A DNA stretch of 23,520 nt, taken from positions 1 to 23,520 of the forward strand of contig JBDRKX010000029.1 in NCBI GenBank assembly GCA_043813605.1, given 5' to 3'. The notes beneath the pieces were generated by a model, which was not told where the DNA came from, ran no database searches, and worked only from the letters and a program-made list of their open reading frames with translations. Below are positions 9,758-17,651 of this stretch, in pieces; within the stretch, counting starts at the first letter, position 1, and each line of letters begins with the position of its first letter. Origin of the DNA: Elusimicrobiota bacterium. GTDB lineage: Bacteria; CG03; SLGR01; JBDRKX01. The translations under genes and the position numbers were made by a program.

Positions 9758-11451
9758 TGAACGACTGGGAAAATACACTCCTTAAAATGCAGAAACCCGG
9801 AAAGTACCTGGGTACTGAGTTCAACCGGTACGAAAAAAAAGATAACGGATTCCGGTTCCTGCTGGCTTTTCCAGATGATTATGTAATAGGTATGAGCAGC
9901 CTGGGTTATCATACTGTAGGTAATATTATCAACAGGCATACGGAATTTTCATGTGAAAGGTGTTTTGCTCCGGCAGTTGATATGGAATCATGGATGCGCA
10001 AAAACAACGCTGGCCTATTTTCGCTCGAGACAAAATCGCCGGCAAGGGATTTTGATATGATAGGATTTTCCTTTCAATGCGAATTAACATACACAAATTT
10101 TATAAATATGCTTGATCTGGCCGGTATTGAGCCATATAGAGAAAGGCGTATTGAGAAAGATCCTGTAATACTTGGCGGAGGCCCCAGTTGTATGAACCCG
10201 GCTCTTCTTTCAAAGTTTCTGGATATCATATGTGTCGGGGATGCGGAAGCCATGCTCCCCCAGTTATTGGAAAAATATACCAAATGCTGTAATAAATCCG
10301 ATTTTCTGGATGCAGCATCCGAGATCAGAGGAATATATGTTCCCGGGAGAAATAAAAGCGTCGAACCTTCAGTATTTGCTTCTCTTGACAACACGTATTT
10401 TCCCGTAGACCCTCCCGTATCACTTATAGACATACCTCATAACCGGATAAATATAGAGATCAACAGGGGATGCAGACACAGGTGCAGGTATTGCCAGGCT
10501 GCAGTGATCTACAGTCCGTACAGGGAGAAAACGTCCCGGCAAATAGTCGAGATAGCAAGAAAAGCAGTCGCATCTACGGGTCATCAGGAGATTGCACTGA
10601 CTTCTCTGTCTGCAACAGATCATTCTGATCTGTTGAATGTTATGGATGATCTTCATTTTGCGTTCAGGGATCTTGGAGTATCTGTTGTTATGTCCAGTAT
10701 GAGGCCGGAAACGTTCACTTCCGGAATATCCGACAGACTCTCACGCCTGAAAAAAGGAGGATTGACATTTGCGCCTGAGACAGCATCGCAACGTCTAAAA
10801 AAAGTAATTAACAAGAATGTCAGAAATGAAGACATACTTGCTGCTGCCCGGCAGGCATCCCGGTATGGCTGGAATAAAATAAAGCTGTATTTCATGATAG
10901 GTATTCCGGGGGAGACGATAGAGGATATTAATGAAAATGCATTTTTCATAAAGGACGTAAAGAAACAGAGCGGTCTCAGGGTTAATGTGACTGTTTCTCC
11001 TCTTGTCCCTCAGCCGCATACCCCGTTTCAGTGGTCGAGAGGCGTTGATCCGGAAGAAATACTCGGAAGATTTAATCTGATGAGAAAAAAATCTCCTGCT
11101 TATTTTAAGGGTTTCAACCTGAAACAGTACATCATAGAAAGTATAATGGTAAGGGCTGATGAGGATCTTGCAGATGTTGTATACAGTGCATGGAAGAGAG
11201 GAGCCCGTTTTGATCAGTGGAAGGAGCATTTTTCATTTGAACCATGGAGTGAGGCATTCAGTGAAAACGGAAGCAGTTGGGAAAGCTATTACATGAGGGA
11301 TTTTGAGAAGTTAGAAAGACTGCCATGGGATATGGTGCATGTGGCGCCGGACCAGGACAGTTCCAGGCGGTCATATGAGAACTGTATGAAGGTTGTTGAA
11401 GAGGAAACAGTATCATCCGGCGCCCGAATCTGCCGGAGAAGGAACGATTAA
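9754..11451 (+). CDS. Radical SAM protein, TIGR03960-like (uncharacterised)
   Basis: CxxxCxxC (RGCRHRCRYC). N-terminal KPGKYLGTEFN/AFPDDY.IGMSSLG/CERCFAP, plus LTFAPE and KLYFMIGIP, typical of this family. Start may be ATG 9757. Confidence 0.88.
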   Translation: MMNDWENTLLKMQKPGKYLGTEFNRYEKKDNGFRFLLAFPDDYVIGMSSLGYHTVGNIINRHTEFSCERCFAPAVDMESWMRKNNAGLFSLETKSPARDFDMIGFSFQCELTYTNFINMLDLAGIEPYRERRIEKDPVILGGGPSCMNPALLSKFLDIICVGDAEAMLPQLLEKYTKCCNKSDFLDAASEIRGIYVPGRNKSVEPSVFASLDNTYFPVDPPVSLIDIPHNRINIEINRGCRHRCRYCQAAVIYSPYREKTSRQIVEIARKAVASTGHQEIALTSLSATDHSDLLNVMDDLHFAFRDLGVSVVMSSMRPETFTSGISDRLSRLKKGGLTFAPETASQRLKKVINKNVRNEDILAAARQASRYGWNKIKLYFMIGIPGETIEDINENAFFIKDVKKQSGLRVNVTVSPLVPQPHTPFQWSRGVDPEEILGRFNLMRKKSPAYFKGFNLKQYIIESIMVRADEDLADVVYSAWKRGARFDQWKEHFSFEPWSEAFSENGSSWESYYMRDFEKLERLPWDMVHVAPDQDSSRRSYENCMKVVEEETVSSGARICRRRND

Positions 11452-12008
11452 TGCAGTCAGGCGGTGTTAAAGCGAGAATATGCTATTCTAAAGAATACCC
11501 GGCAAATCTTATAGGTCATCTGGATACAGTTTCTGCGTTACAGAGGAGTATGAGGCGGGCAGGCTGGCTGTTTAGATTCAGCTGCGGGTTTAATCCGAGA
11601 GCCAAGCTGTCTTTCACGCCTCCTTTGAGCCTTGGTTTTTCAAGTTTTGCCGAGTATATAGAAGCCGAACTTGTAAGAGAACCCGAGGATTATCAGATAG
11701 ACGCTTTTAAGGAAAACACGGTAGACGGTATAACAATCATGGATGTGAAGATCATCGGTATCGAAGAACCCGGTATAAACGATATTGTGGCAGGGTTCAG
11801 ATATCATGTTTTGTTCAATTCACCCGGTTGCAGTATCCCGGAAGGTATCGATAACATTGTAGAAAGAGATGACAGCCGGATAGTTCTGGACGTATATAAG
11901 CGTAATGGCGGGTTCAGAAATCCTGTTAAGATACTGGGTAACGGAGATTATAAGGTTAAAAAAATAGATTGTTTATGGGAAAATGAAAAAGGAGTTACAG
12001 GTGAGTAA
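11451..12008 (+). CDS. Radical SAM-linked protein, TIGR03936/DUF2344-like
   Basis: GHLD...LQRSMRRAG...FSCGFNPRAKLSF..PLSLG..S.AEY signature. Directly downstream of the TIGR03960-like gene. Confidence 0.87.
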   Translation: MQSGGVKARICYSKEYPANLIGHLDTVSALQRSMRRAGWLFRFSCGFNPRAKLSFTPPLSLGFSSFAEYIEAELVREPEDYQIDAFKENTVDGITIMDVKIIGIEEPGINDIVAGFRYHVLFNSPGCSIPEGIDNIVERDDSRIVLDVYKRNGGFRNPVKILGNGDYKVKKIDCLWENEKGVTGE

Positions 12009-13407
12009 ATCAATATATGCTGATGTGAATAGTGATGAGACGCGGGTGGCGATCGTAAAAGACGGAAAACTTCTCGATCTTGATATCAGAAGAGTCGAAG
12101 AAAATAAGAGCGTAGGTAATATATACCTGGGAATAGTAACTAACGTAGTTGCGGGTATCAATTCATGTTTTGTTGACATAGGGAAGGGGAAGAATGTGTT
12201 CCTGCCGATATCGGATTACCAGGGAGATATAAGAAAAGGCGAATCGGTAATGATCCAGGTCAACAAGGAAGAGATACACGATAAAGGAGCCAAAGTCACA
12301 GGCAAGATATCTCTTCCCGGGAGATCTATTGTCTTCATGCCTACGGAACCGAAGATAGGGGTATCCAAGAATATAAAGGATGTTGAGACAAGAAAAATAC
12401 TGAAGGAAATTCTTTCTTCCGTTGCACCGAAGGGTACCGGTTTTGTCGCAAGGACTAATGCCGAAAAGAAGAGTAAAAAGATGATAATCAGGGAGGCAAA
12501 GTTCCTTATAAAAAAGTGGGATACGGTACACAAAAATTATAAGAAGGCGCTCAAGAATAAAAAACCCTGCATGATATACGAGGAATCAGACCTGGTTACG
12601 TATGCGGCAAGGGAATATCTTGACGAGAGTACGGTCGTATTTTTTGTTAATGACAAAACTGCATACAAAAAGGTTATCGGTTATGTTAATAATGTTCTTC
12701 CTGAATTTAAGGGCAGGGTGGTGTATTATGAATCAGATGTGCCGCTTTTTGAAAAACACAAGCTGGAAATACAGATCGAGAACCTGAAAAAACGGACAAT
12801 AAACCTGGATTGCGGGGGATACATAATACTGGAGCAGACAGAGGCTCTGACAGCAATAGATGTCAATACAGGCAGTTTTACCAAAGGTTTAAACAGAGAA
12901 AGTACAGCGATGAAGGTCAATGAGGAAGCAGCGTTTGTCAGTGCGCAACAGATACTTCTCAGGGATATCGGCGGGATAATAATCATTGATTTTATCGACC
13001 TGGACATGAGAAAGAACAGGGAGAGACTCTTTAATATACTAAAAAATGAGATGAGCGATGATAAGGCTAAGACAACAATATACCCTATGACAAGACTCGG
13101 TCTTATAGAGATGACAAGACAGAGAAGAAAGGAATCGATAGTAAAAATAATATGTTCGGATTGTCCTTACTGCGGCGGGAGCGGCATGATATTCTCCGGT
13201 ACGACCATGTATATAAAGATAAAAAGAGAATTATTGCTGAAAGGACCCGGTATGCCAGGGAAATTTATAAACCTGTTCCTTCATCCAAGAGTGGCGGAAG
13301 TCTTTGATGAAAAAGGAACATCCGGTATTGAAAAGGTTTTAAAGAAAAAGATAAAATTGAGACGTGACTATAAACTTCATCATGAGGAGTTCAAGATTAC
13401 GGCTTAG
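12001..13407 (+). CDS. rng: Ribonuclease G/E family (RNase G-sized)
   Basis: S1 domain (VGNIYLGIVTNV...FVDIG), IDVNTG, LRDIGGIIIIDFID, GLIEMTRQR and Zn-link CPYCGGSG. GTG 12001 has SD AGGAG at 11990-11994. ATG 11983 is the alternative start. Confidence 0.93.
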   Translation: MSKSIYADVNSDETRVAIVKDGKLLDLDIRRVEENKSVGNIYLGIVTNVVAGINSCFVDIGKGKNVFLPISDYQGDIRKGESVMIQVNKEEIHDKGAKVTGKISLPGRSIVFMPTEPKIGVSKNIKDVETRKILKEILSSVAPKGTGFVARTNAEKKSKKMIIREAKFLIKKWDTVHKNYKKALKNKKPCMIYEESDLVTYAAREYLDESTVVFFVNDKTAYKKVIGYVNNVLPEFKGRVVYYESDVPLFEKHKLEIQIENLKKRTINLDCGGYIILEQTEALTAIDVNTGSFTKGLNRESTAMKVNEEAAFVSAQQILLRDIGGIIIIDFIDLDMRKNRERLFNILKNEMSDDKAKTTIYPMTRLGLIEMTRQRRKESIVKIICSDCPYCGGSGMIFSGTTMYIKIKRELLLKGPGMPGKFINLFLHPRVAEVFDEKGTSGIEKVLKKKIKLRRDYKLHHEEFKITA

Positions 13408-13450
13408 TATGGATCTATATGCTGTATTATAGATTATAAGGGAGTAAAAA

Positions 13451-13978
13451 ATGAAACAATTGATAGCCAGGATATTAAGAGTTCTGAAGCTTGAGGATGA
13501 GTTGTACAGGGAAGTGGAGAGTGTCCCTGATGCCATTTCGGAAGCAGTCATCATAGTTATTATTTCCAGTATTGCTGCCGGTATAGGCAGTCTGGGGAAG
13601 ATCGGTTTAACAGGTATCATAATAATTACATTGGGTTCACTTGTAAACTGGATAATATGGGCTTTTCTCGTATATTTTATAGCTACTAACATAATCCGCG
13701 GAAGCCGTGTATATTTAAGTCAGGGGGATTTTCTGAGAGTTGTCGGATTTGCGAGCGCTCCCGGGATCATCCGCATTCTGGCATTGTTGCCGGGAATGTA
13801 TTATATCGTACATATAATAGCTCATTTGTGGATGATCGCCAGTATGATCGTGGCTGTCAGAGAAGTCTTTATGTTTGAAAAGACTTCCGGTGCGGTCAAG
13901 GTCAGTATAGTGGGCTGGGTGTTTATGGTATTAGCCGCATTCGTGCTCGGTTCAGCGGCAAGAGCTGTAGGGTTCTAA
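13451..13978 (+). CDS. Yip1-domain-like multi-pass membrane protein
   Basis: About five hydrophobic segments, with LYREVE, RVVGFASAPG and VAVREV resembling bacterial Yip1-family proteins. SD GGGAG upstream. Family call from pattern memory. Confidence 0.65.
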   Translation: MKQLIARILRVLKLEDELYREVESVPDAISEAVIIVIISSIAAGIGSLGKIGLTGIIIITLGSLVNWIIWAFLVYFIATNIIRGSRVYLSQGDFLRVVGFASAPGIIRILALLPGMYYIVHIIAHLWMIASMIVAVREVFMFEKTSGAVKVSIVGWVFMVLAAFVLGSAARAVGF

Positions 13979-14048
13979 AGCTAAACTGCCTCTTATAAGC
14001 GGGATGCTAAAACTTTTAAAATAGTTATTTTGATGTTTATAAGTGTTT

Positions 14049-14077
14049 TTGAGTTTTTACCAATATATTGATATACT
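14049..14077 (+). promoter_or_regulatory. Predicted sigma70-type promoter for the nuclease/PIN-PhoH pair
   Basis: TTGAGT (14049-14054), 17 bp, TATACT (14072-14077), with extended -10 TG at 14069-14070, in an AT-rich 130-bp intergenic gap. Confidence 0.6.
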
Positions 14078-14108
14078 TAATTTCTGAAAGTTTTAATAGG
14101 AATTAATA

Positions 14109-15053
14109 ATGACATACAAAAGAACAGAATATCCCGAATGGAGCTGGTCGTCATCAAGAAAGTCGGCATTTGATGAATGCAAGAGAAGATACTATTTTAA
14201 CTATTATCTTGCTCATAACGGCTGGGAGGAAGTATCCAGTGATGAGTCAAGGCTGGCATACAGACTGAAAAAACTGACAGGTCTTCATCTTGTTCTGGGT
14301 ACAGGGGTTCATGAAGCGGCGGAGTATGTATGCAGAAAAAAAAGCCCGAATAACGAAATCCCTTCGGAAAGCGAACTTGAACAGATCGTGAGAAAAACAT
14401 TAAGAACTGCCTGGATAGATTCACGCGACAATCGGGAGAAATGGAAAAAAAATCCCGGTAAATATAATATGCTTCATGAATTCTATTATAAGGGCAAGCC
14501 TTCGGATGATACTGTTCGAAAGATAAACGAAAAGATAAGGGTTTCAGTACCGAACATATTGAAGTCGGCAAGTATTAGTGAATTGTATAGTGATGATTGC
14601 ATACTGCGTATTACCGAGGAAATGGATACTTTTGAAATTTTTGATACTCCTGTATATGCTATTCCGGACCTGGTATATGAGAGGGCTGACGGGACATGGG
14701 TAGTGGTCGACTGGAAGACGGGAAAGGAAGATGCCGGCCATGCGAGCCAGATCAATGTATACTGTATGTATATTAAGGAGAAATATGGTGTTGACGAAAG
14801 TAAAATAAAGGCAAGGATAGAGTACCTTATTACGGGAAACAGCAGAGATATTTCTATTACGGCAAAGTCACAGGAAGCTTCCAAAAAAGAGATATATGAC
14901 AGTATTACGAAGATGAAAGAAACACTTGATGATCCTGATATCAATAAGCCAAAGAAAAAAGAAGAATATCCGCTGGTAAAAAGCGAGAGATTCTGTCCAT
15001 GGTGCAATTTTTATGAGATGTGCAGAAGTGAATTGAATGGAGAGCGATTATGA
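14109..15053 (+). CDS. PD-(D/E)XK RecB/AddB/Cas4-like nuclease with a predicted Fe-S staple
   Basis: SSSR...C24 N-terminal motif, LGTGVHE, motif II IPD, motif III DWKTG, motif IV QINVY, and C-terminal C296-x2-C299-x5-C305. Confidence 0.88.
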   Translation: MTYKRTEYPEWSWSSSRKSAFDECKRRYYFNYYLAHNGWEEVSSDESRLAYRLKKLTGLHLVLGTGVHEAAEYVCRKKSPNNEIPSESELEQIVRKTLRTAWIDSRDNREKWKKNPGKYNMLHEFYYKGKPSDDTVRKINEKIRVSVPNILKSASISELYSDDCILRITEEMDTFEIFDTPVYAIPDLVYERADGTWVVVDWKTGKEDAGHASQINVYCMYIKEKYGVDESKIKARIEYLITGNSRDISITAKSQEASKKEIYDSITKMKETLDDPDINKPKKKEEYPLVKSERFCPWCNFYEMCRSELNGERL

Positions 15054-16396
15054 ATAAAACCTTTGTTCTTGATACCAATGTATTGATCCATGATCCGGAC
15101 AGCATTTTTCATTTTTCGGACAACAGTGTTGTACTGCCTCTTGCCGTGATCGAAGAGCTGGATAGTATGAAAAGTTATGCCGATGAAAGAGGAAGAAATG
15201 CCCGGCATGTATCCAGGATTCTTGACAAGCTGAGAGAAAAGGGAAAGATATCCGAAGGTGTACCTACCGATTTCGGCGGGACTATCAGGGTGGAAACATC
15301 CGTAAAAGGTGAGATTCCCATGGCGCTGTCGAATAAAGCTGATAACGATATACTCTCGGTTGCGATAGGACTTAAACAGAAGGGTGAAAAAGTCATATTT
15401 ATATCTAAGGACATAAATATGAGGGTGAAAGCAGAAGTCCTTGGTTTAGATGTTCAGGATTTTGAAAAAGCAAAGGTGAGATTTGAAGAACTCTACAGCG
15501 GCTGGAGGGATATCTCGGTGCCGGATCAGGTGCTGGATGAATTTCATGAGAAGAAAATTCTTGAACCGATCGGAGCGGATTTTTACCCTCATGAGTTTGT
15601 CCTGATGAGATCCGAGATAAATAAAAACAAGAGCGGTCTTGCGAGGTACTGCCCCCAGAAAAAAAAGCTGGTAAAACTGAAGTATGACGAATATAAACCA
15701 TGGGGATTAAGTGCGATAAATCTGCAGCAAAAGTTTGCCTTTGAGGCACTCCTTAACAATGATATCAAGCTGGTAACGCTTTTAGGCATAGCAGGCACGG
15801 GAAAAACCCTGCTGGCACTGGCATGCGCGCTTCATCTTACATTCAATGAATCATTATACAGAAAAGTGCTGATATCGCGTCCTGTAATGCCTATGGGCAA
15901 AGACATTGGTTATCTCCCGGGGACGAAGGAAGAGAAACTATACAACTGGATGGGCGCCTTCTACGATAACCTGGAGTTTTTAGTACATTCAAGCCATGGT
16001 TCATATACCAAATCTTTCAATAAAGATAATTCTAAATCGGGAAGCAAAGTAAAGATTCTTGAAGAAGTGGACAGTCTGTTTGATACCGGCCGAATTGAAA
16101 TAGAAGCATTGACATATCTGCGGGGGAGGAGTATTCCGGGACAGTTTATGCTAATAGATGAAGCTCAGAATCTTACTCCTAAGGAAGTAAAGACCGTTGT
16201 TTCCCGGGCGGGTAAGGATACCAAGGTGGTTTTGACCGGAGACCCGTACCAGATAGATAATCCGTATCTGGATTCTTCTTCAAACGGGCTTACTTACCTG
16301 GCCGAAAAGTTTAAAGGACAGGAGATATTTTCCCATATTACACTGGTTAAGAGCGAAAGGAGCAATCTTGCGGGATTGGCTGCAGAATTGCTATAA
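15050..16396 (+). CDS. PIN-PhoH fusion protein (PhoH2/YlaK-like)
   Basis: PIN domain: VLDTNVL, VIEELD, ADNDIL, SKDINMR. PhoH ATPase: Walker A GIAGTGKT, GYLPG, RGRS, IDEAQN, GDPYQID. Confidence 0.93.
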   Translation: MNKTFVLDTNVLIHDPDSIFHFSDNSVVLPLAVIEELDSMKSYADERGRNARHVSRILDKLREKGKISEGVPTDFGGTIRVETSVKGEIPMALSNKADNDILSVAIGLKQKGEKVIFISKDINMRVKAEVLGLDVQDFEKAKVRFEELYSGWRDISVPDQVLDEFHEKKILEPIGADFYPHEFVLMRSEINKNKSGLARYCPQKKKLVKLKYDEYKPWGLSAINLQQKFAFEALLNNDIKLVTLLGIAGTGKTLLALACALHLTFNESLYRKVLISRPVMPMGKDIGYLPGTKEEKLYNWMGAFYDNLEFLVHSSHGSYTKSFNKDNSKSGSKVKILEEVDSLFDTGRIEIEALTYLRGRSIPGQFMLIDEAQNLTPKEVKTVVSRAGKDTKVVLTGDPYQIDNPYLDSSSNGLTYLAEKFKGQEIFSHITLVKSERSNLAGLAAELL

Positions 16397-16397
16397 T
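16368..16397 (+). promoter_or_regulatory. Predicted promoter for the receiver-domain gene, overlapping the PhoH stop codon
   Basis: TTGCGG (16368-16373), 18 bp, TATAAT (16392-16397), with TG at 16389-16390 (TGnTATAAT). Confidence 0.45.
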
Positions 16398-16445
16398 ATC
16401 AAAGTTAAAGAGGTATAGGCGATTATAATCGAGAGGTAGCTGACT

Positions 16446-16814
16446 ATGGCAATTAAAACTATTGCAATTATTGAAGATGACAGGGATTATCTGCAGGTTT
16501 TGACAGATATACTGGAGAAAGAAGGGTTTAGTGTATTCGGAGCATCAAACGGTTTTGAGATAATAAACGATATGGTTGAAAATAAACCGGATCTTATAAT
16601 AACCGATCTTAAACTGCCTGAACTTGACGGAGATAAAGTTATGGCGGCATTTCAGGACAGGGATGTCATCAAGGGTGTTCCGATCCTGGTCATATCTTCC
16701 AAGGATGAAGAAGACATAAAAACTGCGGCGAAAAAAATAGATGCGGTAGCCTATCTGAAAAAACCGGTAGATAACAATAAGCTCATCGAACTGGTCCACA
16801 AATATACAGCCTGA
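16446..16814 (+). CDS. Single-domain (CheY-like) response regulator
   Basis: IIEDD acidic pocket, phospho-acceptor in LIITDLKLPELDG, ISS and YLKKP. 122 aa with no output domain. SD GAGG upstream. Confidence 0.92.
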   Translation: MAIKTIAIIEDDRDYLQVLTDILEKEGFSVFGASNGFEIINDMVENKPDLIITDLKLPELDGDKVMAAFQDRDVIKGVPILVISSKDEEDIKTAAKKIDAVAYLKKPVDNNKLIELVHKYTA

Positions 16815-16857
16815 AGGGATAAAAGAAAGACTGTATATAGCTATTCCGGGCCCTATT

Positions 16858-16886
16858 TTGACATTACGGGCTAATTTATATATATT
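16858..16886 (+). promoter_or_regulatory. Predicted sigma70 promoter P1 of the DUF296-rplU-rpmA unit
   Basis: TTGACA (16858-16863), 17 bp, TATATT (16881-16886). Confidence 0.65.
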
Positions 16887-16913
16887 TACATAAATATACA
16901 GTTGGATTATAAT
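16885..16913 (+). promoter_or_regulatory. Predicted sigma70 promoter P2 (tandem)
   Basis: TTTACA (16885-16890), 17 bp, TATAAT (16908-16913). Confidence 0.6.
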
Positions 16914-16923
16914 ATTTAAATAA

Positions 16924-17343
16924 TTGGACAAGCAGGTAAAAGGGAATATACTGGCAGTACGGCTCTATCAGGACGAAGATGTAGTCGCGGCTTTGAACGA
17001 AGCTTTTCGATCAACCGGAAGATCCATGGGAATTGTAGTAAGTGCCGCCGGTATGATGAAAAAGATAAAGTTGGGATATTTTATCGGTGAAGGAAAATAT
17101 AAAGAGAATTACTTTGAGAAGGAGAGGGAAATAGTGTCTTTAACGGGCAATCTTATATGTGATGAAAACAGATACTTCAATCATCTGCATGTATCGATAG
17201 CAGACGAAGAAGGCAAAGTTACAGGAGGGCATCTTAAGGATGCACAAGTTCATGGAACCGGTGAGATATTCATCTATGTATCCGACATCAATGCAACAAG
17301 GGTGAAAGAGGATGAGACCGGTTTAGAAGGATTGAAATTATGA
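16924..17343 (+). CDS. PPC/DUF296 domain protein
   Basis: AVRL...EDV, EIVSLTGN and HLHVSIAD.EG.VTGGHL (metal-binding His triad typical of PPC domains). TTG start with no clear SD. Confidence 0.85.
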   Translation: MDKQVKGNILAVRLYQDEDVVAALNEAFRSTGRSMGIVVSAAGMMKKIKLGYFIGEGKYKENYFEKEREIVSLTGNLICDENRYFNHLHVSIADEEGKVTGGHLKDAQVHGTGEIFIYVSDINATRVKEDETGLEGLKL

Positions 17344-17651
17344 AATACGCAATAGTTGATAATGGAAATAATCAGTTAATAGTTAAAGAAGGGGATAAAG
17401 TACTGGTAAATGACCAGGGACTGGAAGAGGGTAAAAACTATACGTGGAAAAATGTTCTTTTTTTGCGTAACGGTGATGATATCGGTATAGGAACGCCGCA
17501 TATAAAAGGAGCGGAAGTCACAGGTATCATCGGAACAGAGGTTAAAGGTCCCAAGGTGATAAATTTCAAAAAAAAGCGGAGAAAAGGGTATAAAAGGAAA
17601 GTCGGTCATAGACAGAAATATACAGAGATCACTATCAAGGAGATAAAATAA
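17340..17651 (+). CDS. rplU: 50S ribosomal protein L21
   Basis: [40 protein letters not shown]. Confidence 0.97.
   Translation: MKYAIVDNGNNQLIVKEGDKVLVNDQGLEEGKNYTWKNVLFLRNGDDIGIGTPHIKGAEVTGIIGTEVKGPKVINFKKKRRKGYKRKVGHRQKYTEITIKEIK

Noticed and set aside
12602..12787. 61-aa + strand ORF inside rng
   Set aside because: Alternate-frame ORF within a conserved gene, with no motif or clear RBS.
13979..14040. Intrinsic terminator after the Yip1-like gene
   Set aside because: Only short AT-rich palindromes (CTTATAAG, TTTTAAAA), with no strong stem plus U-tract.
14109..15053. Calling the nuclease Cas4 of a CRISPR system
   Set aside because: No repeat-spacer array, cas1 or cas2 in the window. The protein is longer than typical Cas4, and the Fe-S staple is shared with non-CRISPR RecB/AddB-like nucleases.
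15050..16814. PhoH plus response regulator as a Pho regulon module (PhoB)
   Set aside because: The regulator has no DNA-binding domain, no PhoR or pst genes are nearby, and PIN-PhoH proteins are not diagnostic of phosphate regulation.
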